This document shows, piece after piece, positions 43,279 through 54,309 of a stretch of 64,000 nucleotides of DNA. The number at the start of each line of letters is the position of its first letter. The stretch's first letter is position 1. The notes under the pieces were generated by a model. That model saw only the letters and a program-made list of their open reading frames with translations, made no database searches and was not told where the DNA came from. Source of the stretch: Alphaproteobacteria bacterium (GTDB lineage Bacteria > Pseudomonadota > Alphaproteobacteria > GCA-2731375). The translations under genes were made by a program, and so were the position numbers. The stretch covers positions 75,672-139,671 of the forward strand of contig CBDDBZ010000024.1 in the NCBI GenBank assembly GCA_965225945.1. Direction: 5' to 3'.

Positions 43279-44373
43279 TCACGCCTTGAAAGCGGCGAGC
43301 GCGGTTTCGTCGAATTTCAGGCCTAGCCCCGGCTTGTCGGGCAATACCAGCTCGCCGTTCTCGATTCTGGGCGTCTCCTCATAGAGCGCGAGCATCCACG
43401 GCATGTATTCCACCGTCAGTCCATTCGGGCACGCGGCGACGACATGGACCAGTATTTCCGGCATCACATGGCTCACCACCGGCAGGTTGAATGCCTCCGC
43501 CATGGCGGCGACCTTCATCCATTGGCTGACACCGCCCACCCGAACGATGTCGATCATGACGATATCGACCGAGCGCGCCTCGATCATGTGACGGAAGGGC
43601 ACGATGCCCCAGAGATACTCGCCGCCGGCGATGGGAGTCTTCAGCGCGGCGGTGACGCGGGCGAGGCCGGGGTAATCGTCCGCCGCGGTCACGTCCTCCA
43701 GCCAAAACAGGCCGACATCCTCGACACGGTGGCCGATATCGATCGCCTGTTCCGGGCGCCAGCGCTGGTTGATGTCGCACATCAGCTTGATATCCGGGCC
43801 GATGGCGTCCCTGACCGTGCGCACGCGGCGTATTTCGTCGCCGGGCGTCGGCGTGCCGGGCAGCGCCATCTGGGTCTTCATTTCCCTGAAGCCCTTCCCC
43901 ACCAGGGTAAGCGCTGCCTGGCGTACCTGGTCGTCCGTCAGCCCGCGACGGAGCGAGCCGGAGGCGTAGGTCGCGACGCGGTCGCGATGGCCGCCCAGCA
44001 GTTTCCACAAGGGCTGGTCGAGCGCCTTGCCCTTGATGTCCCAAAGCGCGATGTCGATCGCCGAGAGCGCCAAGGTGAAGATACCGCCCGGCCCGCAAGC
44101 ATCCCCGGTGCCGTCACGCAGCTTCGCGACGACGTTCTCGATCCTGAGCGGATCCTCGCCCACCGTGATCTGGGCGAGTTCCTCGAGCGCGACGCGCAGG
44201 CTGCCGGTCATCGCGCCGCCGTAAAGGGTCACGGCAATGCCCTCGATGCCGTCATCGGTCCGAAGGCGCAGGATGACGACGGGGCGCGTGCGGCCCGCCT
44301 CCTCGGGCATGTCCGCCAGGGGATCGTCTTCTGGGATTTTCAGCGTGGTCGCTTCATAGCCGGTGATCTTCAT
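43279..44373 (-). CDS. Mandelate racemase/muconate lactonizing enzyme family protein
   Basis: AIDIALWDIKGK, DINQ, WLED, GGE, SH. Confidence 0.92.
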   Translation of the reverse strand: MKITGYEATTLKIPEDDPLADMPEEAGRTRPVVILRLRTDDGIEGIAVTLYGGAMTGSLRVALEELAQITVGEDPLRIENVVAKLRDGTGDACGPGGIFTLALSAIDIALWDIKGKALDQPLWKLLGGHRDRVATYASGSLRRGLTDDQVRQAALTLVGKGFREMKTQMALPGTPTPGDEIRRVRTVRDAIGPDIKLMCDINQRWRPEQAIDIGHRVEDVGLFWLEDVTAADDYPGLARVTAALKTPIAGGEYLWGIVPFRHMIEARSVDIVMIDIVRVGGVSQWMKVAAMAEAFNLPVVSHVMPEILVHVVAACPNGLTVEYMPWMLALYEETPRIENGELVLPDKPGLGLKFDETALAAFKA

Positions 44374-44407
44374 GGCGTTCGCCCTCCGATGCTCCGCGAG
44401 GCCGCCG

Positions 44408-45376
44408 TCAGCCGCCCGCAACCCCCTGCGTATTGACGTAAAGCGCATAGAGCGACTGGCTTGCGGCCATGAACAGCCGGTTGCGCTTCGGCCCTCCGAA
44501 ACAGACGTTGGAGCAGCGCTCGGGCAAGGCGATGCGACCGATCTTGGTCCCATCCGGGGCAAAGACCAGAACGCCGTCGAGCGCCTCGGACCCCATGCCC
44601 CAGCCACACCAGAGATTGCCGTCGACGTCGACGCGCATGCCATCGGGGGTTCCCCCCGGACCGGCGTCGATGAACACCCGCTTGTTCACGATCTCGCGGC
44701 CGTTCTGGGCGACATCGTAGGCGAGGATCTTGCGATTCGGGAGGCCGCGCGATTCGACGATGTAGAGGAGACTTTCATCGGGCGAGAAGCAGAGGCCGTT
44801 CGGGCCCAGGACATCCGTTGTCACGAGCGAGACCTCGCCGCTCTCGCCGTCGATCCGGTAGACGCCGTGGGCGACTTCGGGCTCGGCCCTGTGGCCCTCG
44901 TAATTACCCAGGATGCCGAACGGCGGGTCGGTGAACCAGATCGAGGCATCCGATTTCACCACCACGTCGTTCGGCGAGTTGAGCCGTTTGCCCTCCCAGC
45001 CGTCGACCAGCACGGTGAGCGAGCCATCGTATTCGGTCCGCGTGACCCGTCGTCCGCCGTGCTCGCAGGTGACGAGACGACCCGACCGGTCGCGGGTATT
45101 GCCGTTGGCGAAATCGGAGGGCTTGCGAAAGACGCCGACCGCGCCGGTCTCCTCCTCCCACTTGAGGATCCGGTTGTTGGGGATGTCGCTCCACAGAAGA
45201 TAGCGCCCGTCGCCGAACCACACCGGGCCCTCCGACCACCTGCAACCGGTGTGGAGGCGTTCCACCGCCGCGCTGAAAATGCGGTACGGCTCGAACCTCT
45301 CGTCCAGGGTTTCGATCAGGGGATCGGGGTATCTCGGATGGTCGCGCCAACCGGCGGATAAGGGATGGTCTGTCAT
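44408..45376 (-). CDS. SMP-30/gluconolactonase family protein
   Basis: EGPVW, SDIP, NSPND, PNG, PDG. Confidence 0.93.
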   Translation of the reverse strand: MTDHPLSAGWRDHPRYPDPLIETLDERFEPYRIFSAAVERLHTGCRWSEGPVWFGDGRYLLWSDIPNNRILKWEEETGAVGVFRKPSDFANGNTRDRSGRLVTCEHGGRRVTRTEYDGSLTVLVDGWEGKRLNSPNDVVVKSDASIWFTDPPFGILGNYEGHRAEPEVAHGVYRIDGESGEVSLVTTDVLGPNGLCFSPDESLLYIVESRGLPNRKILAYDVAQNGREIVNKRVFIDAGPGGTPDGMRVDVDGNLWCGWGMGSEALDGVLVFAPDGTKIGRIALPERCSNVCFGGPKRNRLFMAASQSLYALYVNTQGVAGG

Positions 45377-45586
45377 GGCGCTCGATCGGTTCTCGATTGT
45401 CGGGCACTCAGCCTAGGCCGACAGGTCGGCGCTGGGCAACACGGCCGCGGCGGAGGATCGTCCTGCTCCACGCGACGTCGACGCGCGGCTTCCCGCGCCA
45501 GGGCGGCCAGGACGGCGAGGTGCAGCCGACCGCAGACCTTTAGAGGTCTCTAATGCTCAGAGGGAATTGCCCCACTGCTCGACGTC

Positions 45587-46408
45587 TCAGCTCCCGGTGC
45601 GCACGGCTTTCCAGTAGTCGTGGTTCAGCTCACGCATCAGGAAATCGTGCCATCTGCGCAGGCAGTGTCGCAGCGGCGCGGCCCAGGGCTTGGCCGCGCA
45701 GCCCTCGATCATCTGGTTGGCCCACGATTGTCCGCCGCCGGCGGGAGCCCGCCAGGCGGTGGCCTTGCGCCAGGCGCCGACCGGGGGGCCCGAGGACGCG
45801 GTCTGGCCGGGGGCCGGAAGCGAGTTGACCAGCAGATTGGTCGCCCGCGCCGCCTCGATCCGGCCGCCGCCGTCATCGACCAGGCGGGCCCCCAACGCGC
45901 GCAACGTCGCTGTCGCGAACGCCACATCCTGGTCCATTTGCGGCTCGACGTCGCCCGGCTCCGGCGCCGGCACTAGCGAGGCCCGCTCGCCGACCATGAC
46001 CGACAGCTCGACGGCGCCCAGCCGGGCGACCTGGGTCGTATCCAGGCTCGCATAGACGCTGGTGTTGCCGCGCGCCGAGGTCAGCGCCAGCAGATCGCCG
46101 GCAGGCACTTGGCGCATCGTCCCGTCCGCGCGCTCGACGATCAAAGTCAGATCGCTCGGGCTGATCGCGTGGTAAACGGTTCCGGCCGCCGGCATGGACC
46201 GCGACTGTTGCAGGCAGAAACTGGTGAGCTCCGCCCGGCATTCGCCGTCCACGCACGTCATCGGCGTGGCGTCACCCTTCGAGGCGACGAGGGCAAGGAT
46301 TTGCGGGGCCGCGACGGCTGTATGAGCGAGCACGCCGAAGACCATCGAGAGCACGGCCATCGGGAGCACGGCCAGCGACAGCGATCGGCGAGGCTGCGAG
46401 CAAGACAT
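45587..46408 (-). CDS. Exported Cys-containing hypothetical protein
   Basis: GGAGG RBS, signal peptide, C..GEC...FCLQ. Confidence 0.7.
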   Translation of the reverse strand: MSCSQPRRSLSLAVLPMAVLSMVFGVLAHTAVAAPQILALVASKGDATPMTCVDGECRAELTSFCLQQSRSMPAAGTVYHAISPSDLTLIVERADGTMRQVPAGDLLALTSARGNTSVYASLDTTQVARLGAVELSVMVGERASLVPAPEPGDVEPQMDQDVAFATATLRALGARLVDDGGGRIEAARATNLLVNSLPAPGQTASSGPPVGAWRKATAWRAPAGGGQSWANQMIEGCAAKPWAAPLRHCLRRWHDFLMRELNHDYWKAVRTGS

Positions 46409-46629
46409 GGCATTACCTCCAGTCCGGTATTGCAATCATTTTAAGGACCGTTATCCAACTCGGTCAATACTCGGTTCCCTGTAAAAAAGTACTTCGCTTC
46501 GCGTCACGGGTACTTTTTAATAACCACTAAACTGCAAGATGCGGCGCCGCGCCGGTGAAACCCCGCCTCGAGTCGATGTCCAGGGATACAGGTGGGATCG
46601 AGAGCCGCCGCTTCGCTCGGATCGCGCTC

Positions 46630-47670
46630 TCACAGCACCGCCTCGGCCAGCAGGCGGATGGACTCCCTCGTCGGCCCGACGTTGATCAGGGTGTCGATCC
46701 GCCGTGTCGCCGCGGCCTCCTTCCAGGCGCCGAGGCGATCCCTGATCCGCGCCGCCGGGCCGACCAGCGCCACCTCGTCGATCAGCGCGTCGGGCACCGC
46801 GGCGGCCGCCTCGCGCCGTCGCCCGGCGAGGAAGTGATCCTGGATCTCGCCCGCCGCGTCGGCGAAACCCAGCGCCACGGCGTGGTCGTTATAAAAGTTC
46901 TTGTCCCGCGCCCCCATGCCGCCGATGTAGAGGGCGAAATGGTCGCGGAGCGAATCCCGCGCCGCCGCCAAGTCGTCATCCACCACCACGCGGCAGAACG
47001 GCGCCACGGCGAAATCGTCGAGCCCCTTGCGGCCGCCCGCCTTGGCGAAGCCGGATTGCAGCGGCTCGGCGAAGAGCTCGGCGCGCTCCGGGTTCATGAA
47101 GATCGGGATCACGCCGTCGGCGATTTCGGCGGCCAGCCGCACGCCCGCCGGCGTGAAGGCGCCGGTGTAGATCGAAAGCTTCGGATCGGGATGCAGGATG
47201 GTCTTGAGCGGCTTGCCGAGACCGCTGGTGCCGGGTCCCCGGTTGGGGATCTGGTAGTGCTCGCCCGCATGCTCCAGCGGGGCCTCGCGGGCCAGGATCT
47301 GGCGCACGATCGAGATGTATTCCCGCGTCCGGGCGAGCGGCTTGCCGAAGGGGACGCCGTGCCAGCCCTCGATCACCTGGGGCCCGGAAGGGCCGATCCC
47401 CATCTGGAAGCGGCCGCCCGACATCTCCTGCAGGCTCATCGCCGTCATCGCCGCCAGCGCCGGCGTGCGCGCGGGCATCTGCATGATCGCCGTGCCGACC
47501 CGGATGCGGGAGGTCTGCGCGAGATACCAGGTGGCGGGCGTCACCGCGTCGCCGCCCCAGGCCTCCGAGGTCCAGACCGAATCGAAGCCCAGCCGCTCCG
47601 CCTCCTGGACCAGGGCCACCTTGTCTTGGAAGGTCCCGGGCCCGTGGCTCATCATAATGCCGAGCTTCAT
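46630..47670 (-). CDS. LLM-class (probably F420-dependent) oxidoreductase
   Basis: GFDSVWTSEAWG, ARTPA, SGPQVIEGWHG. Confidence 0.9.
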   Translation of the reverse strand: MKLGIMMSHGPGTFQDKVALVQEAERLGFDSVWTSEAWGGDAVTPATWYLAQTSRIRVGTAIMQMPARTPALAAMTAMSLQEMSGGRFQMGIGPSGPQVIEGWHGVPFGKPLARTREYISIVRQILAREAPLEHAGEHYQIPNRGPGTSGLGKPLKTILHPDPKLSIYTGAFTPAGVRLAAEIADGVIPIFMNPERAELFAEPLQSGFAKAGGRKGLDDFAVAPFCRVVVDDDLAAARDSLRDHFALYIGGMGARDKNFYNDHAVALGFADAAGEIQDHFLAGRRREAAAAVPDALIDEVALVGPAARIRDRLGAWKEAAATRRIDTLINVGPTRESIRLLAEAVL

Positions 47671-47842
47671 GCGTCCTCTCCCGCGCTTCGACGTCGCGAG
47701 CGCGGTTTTACGCCGCGGGCGGGCCGTTCACAACGTCGCTATCGAGCCCCCGAGGAGGTTAGACGATCTATCGAGCCGGGTGTATCTTGGCGCCGCGTTG
47801 CACGCACGCCCCTCGGGCGTACGCGATGGAATCGGATTGGCC

Positions 47843-49045
47843 ATGGACGGCGCGGGCACGACGGATCGAGATCGGCCTGGCGGAGGAAAGCGCCTCGGCG
47901 CTTGCCTCGCGGTTTTGCTCGTCCTCGTCGGCGCCGGCCAGACGCTCGCCCAGGCCAAGAGGGCGGCGCCCGTCGGCGTCGACGCGGTGCGCGAGGAGGT
48001 GATCGATCAGCGCTTCCCGGTGATCGGCCGGATGGTGGCGCGGCGCGCGGGCGCGGTGGCGGCCCGGGTCGCCGGCCCCGTCGCCGAGGTCCGGGTGGAG
48101 GTCGGCGACCGGGTCGAGGCGGGGCAGATCTTGGCGGTTCTGGTCCGCGAGCGGCTCGGGGCGGAGCGGGCCCGGCGCGCCGCGGACGTCGCGGAACGGG
48201 CCGCGGCGTTGACCACCGCGAGCGCCGAGGAGACCATGACCGCCCATGAGATGGCCCGGCTCGCGCGGCTCAAGAAGTCGCGCTCGGCCGCCTTCCCGCA
48301 GGCCCGCCACGACGACATGCGCAACCGGTTGGCGATGTTGAAAAGCGAGGTGGCTGAGGCCAAGGCGCGGCTCGCGCGCGCCAAGGCGGTCCTGCGGTTG
48401 GCCGACATCGCGCTGAAATACGCCGAGATCCGCGCGCCCTACGCCGGCGTGGTGACCATCCGTCACGTCGAGATCGGCGCCTGGCTCAAGGTCGGCGAGC
48501 CGGTGGTCGACCTGGTCGACGACGACACCCTGGAGCTGGAAGCCGACGTGCCGGCGGCCCGCATTCCCGACCTGCCGCCCGGCGCGCCGGTGTGGGTGCT
48601 GATCGCCGGCGAGCGGTACGCCGCCAAGGCCCGCGCAGTGGTGCCCGAGGAGAACCCGCTGACCCGCACCCGCGCGGTTCGCTTCACGCCCGCCTTCGAG
48701 ACCCGCGAGGCCGGCTTCGCCGCCAACCAGAGCGTCACCGTCGAAATTCCGATCGGCAAGGGCCGGCGCGCCGTCACGGTACACAAGGATGGCGTGATCA
48801 AGCGCGGCGGCGGGAGCGTCGTCTTCCTCGCCGTCGACGGCAAGGCGCGCTCGCGGCCGGTCGAGCTCGGGGTGGCGATCGGGATCCGCTTCGAAGTCTT
48901 GAGCGGCCTCGCCGCCGGTGACCTGGTGGTGGTGCGCGGCAACGAGCGGCTCCGCCCCGGCCAGGCGATCCGCCACGAGGGCTCGGGCGTGGCGAAACCG
49001 GGGGCCACGGGCAAGGCGCCGGCCGGCGGAAAGGCCGACGGTTGA
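47843..49045 (+). CDS. RND efflux periplasmic adaptor subunit
   Basis: VEVGDRVEAG, IRAPYAG, TRT, GLAAGDLVVVRG. Confidence 0.9.
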   Translation: MDGAGTTDRDRPGGGKRLGACLAVLLVLVGAGQTLAQAKRAAPVGVDAVREEVIDQRFPVIGRMVARRAGAVAARVAGPVAEVRVEVGDRVEAGQILAVLVRERLGAERARRAADVAERAAALTTASAEETMTAHEMARLARLKKSRSAAFPQARHDDMRNRLAMLKSEVAEAKARLARAKAVLRLADIALKYAEIRAPYAGVVTIRHVEIGAWLKVGEPVVDLVDDDTLELEADVPAARIPDLPPGAPVWVLIAGERYAAKARAVVPEENPLTRTRAVRFTPAFETREAGFAANQSVTVEIPIGKGRRAVTVHKDGVIKRGGGSVVFLAVDGKARSRPVELGVAIGIRFEVLSGLAAGDLVVVRGNERLRPGQAIRHEGSGVAKPGATGKAPAGGKADG

Positions 49046-52000
49046 ACCTGATCCGCGCCGCGATCGAGCGGCCCATCGCCGTCATGGCGGCGGTCCTGAT
49101 GGTCTTGATGTTCGGCCTCCTGGCGTTGGAGACGATTCCGATCCAGTTGACACCCGACGTCCGCCGCCCGGTGCTGCAGATCACCACGAATTGGGCCGGT
49201 GCCGCCCCGGCCGAGGTCGAGCGGGAGATCACCAACCGCCAGGAGGAGGTGCTGAAGGGTCTCGAGGGCGTGGCCCAGATGACCAGCACGTCGCAGGACG
49301 GCCGGTCCCGAATCACGCTCGAGTTCGCCGTCTCGGTAAACATGGACCGGGCCCTGCTGCTGCTCGCCAACCGGCTGGACCGGGTGAACGGTTATCCCGA
49401 AGAGGCGGACGAGCCGGTCATTTCCACCTCCGGCACCGAGGACAATCCGATCGCCTGGTTCATTTTGAAGCAGGTGCCGGGGAACGAGCGGGCGGTGTAT
49501 ACCTATCGCGACTTCATCGACGACGTGGTGCGCGACCGGATCGAGCGGGTGCCCGGCGTCTCCCGCTCCAACTTCTATGGCGGGGGCGAGCGGGAGATGC
49601 GGGTGACCGTGGATCCCGAACGCTTGGCCCGCTACGGCCTGACGGTGCCCAGGGTGGTGCGCGCGCTCCGCGCGGCCAACGCCTCGATCAGCGGCGGCGA
49701 CATCGCCGAGGGCAAACGGCGCTACGTGGTGCGCACCGACGGCGAGTTCCAGACCGTGGCGCAAGTCGCGGCGGTCGTGCTCAGAAGCGAGAGCAGCACC
49801 GCCTCGGGCCGCATCGGCCGGGTCACCGTCGCCGACGTCGCCGATGTCGGGTTCGGCTACAAGGACGCGGTGGCCCATATCCGCAGCCTCGGCGAATACG
49901 CGCTGGCGGTGAACGCGGTCCGCGAAGCCGATGCCAACGTGATCGAGGTGATGGCGGGGCTGCGCGAGGCGATCGCGGAGCTCGCGCGCGATCATCTGCC
50001 GCGCCAGGGGCTCACCATCAAGCAGGTCTACGACGAGACCATCTACATCGAGTCCTCGATCGATTTGGTGCAGCAGAACATCGTCGTCGGCGGCATCCTG
50101 GCGGCGCTGATCCTGCTGCTGTTCCTGCGCTCGGGCCGGGCGACGCTGGTGATTTCGCTGGCTATTCCGGTCTCCGTCGTCGGCTCCTTCGTCGCGATGG
50201 CGGTGCTGGGGCGCTCGCTTAACGTGATCTCGCTCGCCGGCATCGCGTTTTCCATCGGCATGGTGGTCGACGCGGCGATCGTGGTGCTGGAAAATATCTA
50301 TCGCCTGCGCCAGCAGGGCCTCGCGCCCAAGGAGGCGGCCTACCGGGGCGCCAAGGAGGTCTGGGGCGCGGTGCTGGTCTCGGCGCTGACCACGGTCATG
50401 GTGTTCATCCCGATCCTGGTGATGGAGCTCGAGGTCGGTCAGCTCTTCCGCGACATCGCGGTGGCGATCTCGGTCTCGGTGATGCTGTCGCTGCTGGTCT
50501 CCGTGACGGTGATCCCGGCGCTCTCGCGCCGCCTGCTCAAGGGCGCCGGCGCGGCGCCGGCGCGGCCCATTCGCCTGCCCGTGGTCGATCGCTTCGCCGC
50601 CGGCTTCGTCGCCACCGTCATGTTCTTTGCCCGCCGGGTGATCCGCTCCAAGCTCCTGGCGGTCACGGTCGTCGCCCTGATCTGTGGTGCGGCCGGCTTC
50701 GCGACTTGGGCTTTCCTGCCGAAGCTGGATTATCTGCCGACCGGCAATCGCAACCTGATCATCGGCTATATCGTGCCGCCGCCCGGCTACAACCTGGAGA
50801 CCATGTCCGGCATCGCGGAATCGGTCGAGGCCGAAGTCAGCCATCTCTGGGCTTCCAAGACCGGGCGAGAATCGATGCCCGGCGAACCCCCCAAGATCGA
50901 GAATTTCTTCTTCGTCGCCTTCCGGGGCCTGACCATCGTCGGCGCCACCAGCGTCGAGCCGGACAGGGTCGGCGAGTTGATACCGGTCTTGAGCAAGCCG
51001 GTGTTCCGCGAGCCGGGCACCTTCGGCGTGATCAGCAAGCGCTCGCTGTTCGGCCGCAACTTCTCCGGCTCCCGCACCATCGAGTTCGACATCTCCGGTC
51101 CCGACCTCGAAACCATCCTCGGCGTCGCCGCCGAGGCGACGGGCATGGTCCTGGCCGTACTGCCGCGCAAGGAGGGGACGTCGTTTCGCCCGATTCCCGG
51201 GCTGGAGCTCGGCGCGCCGGAGATTCGGGTCATTCCCGACGCGATCCGGCTCGCCGACAACGGGGTCACCGCCCGCGATCTCGGCATGACGGTCGATGCC
51301 TTCAACGATGGGCTTCGCGTCGCCGAGATTACCGTCGGCGGCAAGCGCATCGACCTGACGCTGCTCGGTAGCACGGACAAGATCGCCCAGACCCAGGGCA
51401 TCGACTATCTGCCGGTGGTGACGGAATCGGGCCAGATCCTGCCCGTCGCCTCCCTCGCCGACATCGTGCTGACGGCGGGGCCGACCGAGATCCGACACGT
51501 CGAGCGGGAGCGGACGGTGACGCTGCAGATCGGCCCGCCGGAACACATTCCCCTCGAGGCCGCGCTCGACACGCTGCGCGAGGAGGTGATCGCCAAGCTG
51601 ATGGCCGGCGGCCTGCCGGACGGCGTGACGCTCTCGCTCAAGGGGACGGCGGAGAAGCTGCAGCTCACCTGGGACGCCATGGTGCTGGATCTCGTGGTGG
51701 CGATCATCATCGTCTACCTGGTGATGGCGGTGTTGTTCGAGAGCTTCGTTTACCCGCTGATCATCATGCTCTCGGTGCCGCTGGCCACGGCGGGCGGTGT
51801 CGGCGGTCTGGCCTTGCTCAACCTCAAGACGTTCCAGGCGCTCGACATGCTGACCCTCCTGGGCTTCGTCATCCTGATCGGCATCGTCGTCAACAACGCG
51901 ATCCTGCTGGTGCATCAGACCCTGTTCCTGATCCGCGAGCATGGCCGGGCGGCGGAGGCGGCGATCCTGGAGGCGACCCGCAATCGCATCCGGCCGATCT

Positions 52001-52224
52001 TCATGTCGACGCTGACCAGCGTCTTCGGGATGATGCCGCTGGTGCTGTTCCCGGGCGCCGGCTCGGAGCTCTATCGCGGTCTCGGCTCGGTGGTGCTGGG
52101 CGGCCTCTCGCTTTCGGCGGTGCTGACGCTGGCCATCATTCCGGCGTTGTTGAGCCTCACGACCAGGCTATTGGAGCGGCGTCGCGAGCCGACGGTGGTT
52201 CCGGTCCGCGAGGCGGCCGAGTGA
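49042..52224 (+). CDS. RND efflux permease subunit
   Basis: 1060 aa; GMVVDAAIVVLE, RIRPIFMS. Confidence 0.95.
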   Translation: MNLIRAAIERPIAVMAAVLMVLMFGLLALETIPIQLTPDVRRPVLQITTNWAGAAPAEVEREITNRQEEVLKGLEGVAQMTSTSQDGRSRITLEFAVSVNMDRALLLLANRLDRVNGYPEEADEPVISTSGTEDNPIAWFILKQVPGNERAVYTYRDFIDDVVRDRIERVPGVSRSNFYGGGEREMRVTVDPERLARYGLTVPRVVRALRAANASISGGDIAEGKRRYVVRTDGEFQTVAQVAAVVLRSESSTASGRIGRVTVADVADVGFGYKDAVAHIRSLGEYALAVNAVREADANVIEVMAGLREAIAELARDHLPRQGLTIKQVYDETIYIESSIDLVQQNIVVGGILAALILLLFLRSGRATLVISLAIPVSVVGSFVAMAVLGRSLNVISLAGIAFSIGMVVDAAIVVLENIYRLRQQGLAPKEAAYRGAKEVWGAVLVSALTTVMVFIPILVMELEVGQLFRDIAVAISVSVMLSLLVSVTVIPALSRRLLKGAGAAPARPIRLPVVDRFAAGFVATVMFFARRVIRSKLLAVTVVALICGAAGFATWAFLPKLDYLPTGNRNLIIGYIVPPPGYNLETMSGIAESVEAEVSHLWASKTGRESMPGEPPKIENFFFVAFRGLTIVGATSVEPDRVGELIPVLSKPVFREPGTFGVISKRSLFGRNFSGSRTIEFDISGPDLETILGVAAEATGMVLAVLPRKEGTSFRPIPGLELGAPEIRVIPDAIRLADNGVTARDLGMTVDAFNDGLRVAEITVGGKRIDLTLLGSTDKIAQTQGIDYLPVVTESGQILPVASLADIVLTAGPTEIRHVERERTVTLQIGPPEHIPLEAALDTLREEVIAKLMAGGLPDGVTLSLKGTAEKLQLTWDAMVLDLVVAIIIVYLVMAVLFESFVYPLIIMLSVPLATAGGVGGLALLNLKTFQALDMLTLLGFVILIGIVVNNAILLVHQTLFLIREHGRAAEAAILEATRNRIRPIFMSTLTSVFGMMPLVLFPGAGSELYRGLGSVVLGGLSLSAVLTLAIIPALLSLTTRLLERRREPTVVPVREAAE

Positions 52225-52252
52225 GGCCGAAGTCCAGCGAAGGAGAATCGAC

Positions 52253-52669
52253 ATGAGCCGCATGCGTCGCGTGATAAGTCCCGAGGTGGCCGAGCCGCAA
52301 CCCGAAACCTGGTCCAACTGCAAGGTGATCGGCGACAGCGTCTGGATATCCGGCATGGTCTCCGGCTACGTGAACGACCGCATCGCCGGCGGCGACGACA
52401 TGTACGAACAGTCGCGCCTCGTCTTCGAGAAGCTCCGCCATCTGATGGCGGCGGCGGGCGGCGCCATGGCCGACATCGTCAAGGTCACCATCTTCGTTAC
52501 CGACATCTCGCGCCGCGAGGAGGTCTGGAAGGCGCGCCGTGAATTCTTCGAGGGCGACTTTCCCACCTCGACCCTGGTCGAGGTCGCGGCGCTGGCGCGC
52601 CCCGGGCTGTTGGTCGAAATCGAGGCCCAGGCCGTCCTCGGCGCCGGCGCTAATCGTCAACCGACGTAA
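52253..52669 (+). CDS. RidA/Rid family protein
   Basis: DIVKVTIFVTD, PTSTLVEVAAL, LVEIEA. Confidence 0.9.
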   Translation: MSRMRRVISPEVAEPQPETWSNCKVIGDSVWISGMVSGYVNDRIAGGDDMYEQSRLVFEKLRHLMAAAGGAMADIVKVTIFVTDISRREEVWKARREFFEGDFPTSTLVEVAALARPGLLVEIEAQAVLGAGANRQPT

Positions 52670-52697
52670 TACCAGCCGCCAGTCATGGCGCTGGGTA

Positions 52698-53831
52698 TCA
52701 GTGCGGCCGCCCGGTCTCGACGGCGAGACCGGCGGGCCCGCTCAACAGGCGTTGGATCAATTCGCCTTGGCGCCCGGTCTCGGTTTTCGCGAAGACCCGT
52801 TTCAGGGTTTTGCGCGCCGTCCCGACCGTGCGCTCGGTCTCCTCGGCGAACTGAGCCAAGCTGAGCCCGGAGGCGAGGCCGGCGGCGAGCTCCGCTTCCG
52901 CCGGCGACAGTCCGTAGAGCCGCTGAAGCGTCTCCGCGACCATGGCGGGCCGACCTTCCGGCGCGCCGATCAGGACCAGGGCGCCACCACGCTCGGCCGC
53001 CGAGTCGGTGGCGGCGGGCAGGGGAACGATCAGGACCTCCAGCGGGCGACGTGCCGCCCCCCTGGGCAGCGTCAAGGCGATGCCGGCACCGTTGGCGTTG
53101 CACGGCTCAGCCCCGGTCGCCGCACACAGGGCGCGCTCCAGGGTGCTCGCGCGCCGATCGCCGCCGGTCTCGAGACGCTCGCCGCGGCGCAAGAGGCCGT
53201 CGGCGGCAACCAATAGGGCGTCCGCCGTGGCATTGGTGGCGCGAATGCGCATCTCGGCGTCGAGCACGATGAGGCCGACGGCGGCGCGCTCCAGCACGCT
53301 CAGGGCGGCGTGACGCACGAGGTTCGCGTCGGCCATCCGCGCGGCGCCGGTGCGGGCCCGTCGGAGGTGGGGCCCAAGACGTGACAGACGGGCACGGTCG
53401 GCCCGGCTGAAGCCGCTATCCGGCGCGTGGCGCGTGATGTAGAGCAGCGTCGTCGCCTCGGCGTCGCGCTCGACGACCAGTCCCATGAGGCGGCCGGGGA
53501 ACGCGCCCTCGGCGACGGCCGGGGCACCGATCGTTCGCCGCCGCCGGGCGCTCGGACCCCGGGTGAAAACCGTGCCCGGGGCGCGACCGGCGCCATCGCC
53601 GACGCGTCGATCGATCGCCCCCCCCCCTTCACCGCGTGAACACGGCTCCGGCGCCGCGCCGGCGACGACCGAGAAAACCCGCCGCCCGTCGGGCGCCAGA
53701 GCGCAAAGTCCGGCCGTATCGGCGTCGAATGTCGAGGCCGGCCCGGCGAGGACCATGGGCCAGCGGTCGGGAAACACCGCCGCCTCGTGAATTTCCGCCA
53801 GCAACTCGTCCGTCGAAAGATCGTCCAGCAA
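52698..53831 (-). CDS. PAS/LuxR-type HTH regulator
   Basis: IHEAAV.PDRW N-terminus; C-terminal YGLSPAE...VFAKTETGRQGEL. Confidence 0.8.
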   Translation of the reverse strand: MLDDLSTDELLAEIHEAAVFPDRWPMVLAGPASTFDADTAGLCALAPDGRRVFSVVAGAAPEPCSRGEGGGAIDRRVGDGAGRAPGTVFTRGPSARRRRTIGAPAVAEGAFPGRLMGLVVERDAEATTLLYITRHAPDSGFSRADRARLSRLGPHLRRARTGAARMADANLVRHAALSVLERAAVGLIVLDAEMRIRATNATADALLVAADGLLRRGERLETGGDRRASTLERALCAATGAEPCNANGAGIALTLPRGAARRPLEVLIVPLPAATDSAAERGGALVLIGAPEGRPAMVAETLQRLYGLSPAEAELAAGLASGLSLAQFAEETERTVGTARKTLKRVFAKTETGRQGELIQRLLSGPAGLAVETGRPH

Positions 53832-53985
53832 GACACACCTCCACCGCGCAAGGTGCCCTCGACCGATGATTTACCCATTTTTTGGAGAAACTAACCTTCG
53901 TCGGGACGGGCCGCATCACCCATTCGGGTATTTGTTTGGTGGGTTGTGTTTGGCGATCGACGGTCGCGGCGGGGGGAGCGCGAGA

Positions 53986-54228
53986 CTATTTCTCGTCGCG
54001 CTCGATGTAGTCCCTCAGTTCCTGGCGCAGCGCCCGCACTTCGTGGAGGATGCTATCGACGACCCAGATGGCGACGAAAAACGAGGTGATGGCGAGATAG
54101 ACCAGGAAACTTTCGCCGAAGGTGAAACCCAGGAGTTTCACGACCAGCGCCGGCAAGATGCCGATCAGGCACGCCCAGATCGGGAGATCGTGCGGATTGC
54201 GTTTCTTCTTCTTGTCTTTATTGCTCAT
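53986..54228 (-). CDS. Small membrane hypothetical protein
   Basis: GGAGG RBS, two TM segments, coiled-coil tail. Confidence 0.65.
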   Translation of the reverse strand: MSNKDKKKKRNPHDLPIWACLIGILPALVVKLLGFTFGESFLVYLAITSFFVAIWVVDSILHEVRALRQELRDYIERDEK

Positions 54229-54309
54229 GGCACCTCCGCCCGCAGGCCGTCGTGATCGCCTCATCGGCACTCGACGAGCGGGAACGCCCGGCCACGACGA
54301 TCGCGCGCG

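Noticed and set aside
48463-51942. 1159-aa minus-strand ORF and similar long antisense ORFs (13215-14879, 25095-26759, 55932-57506, 56008-57843)
   Set aside because: Shadow frames of well-supported genes in high-GC DNA, with no recognisable motifs.
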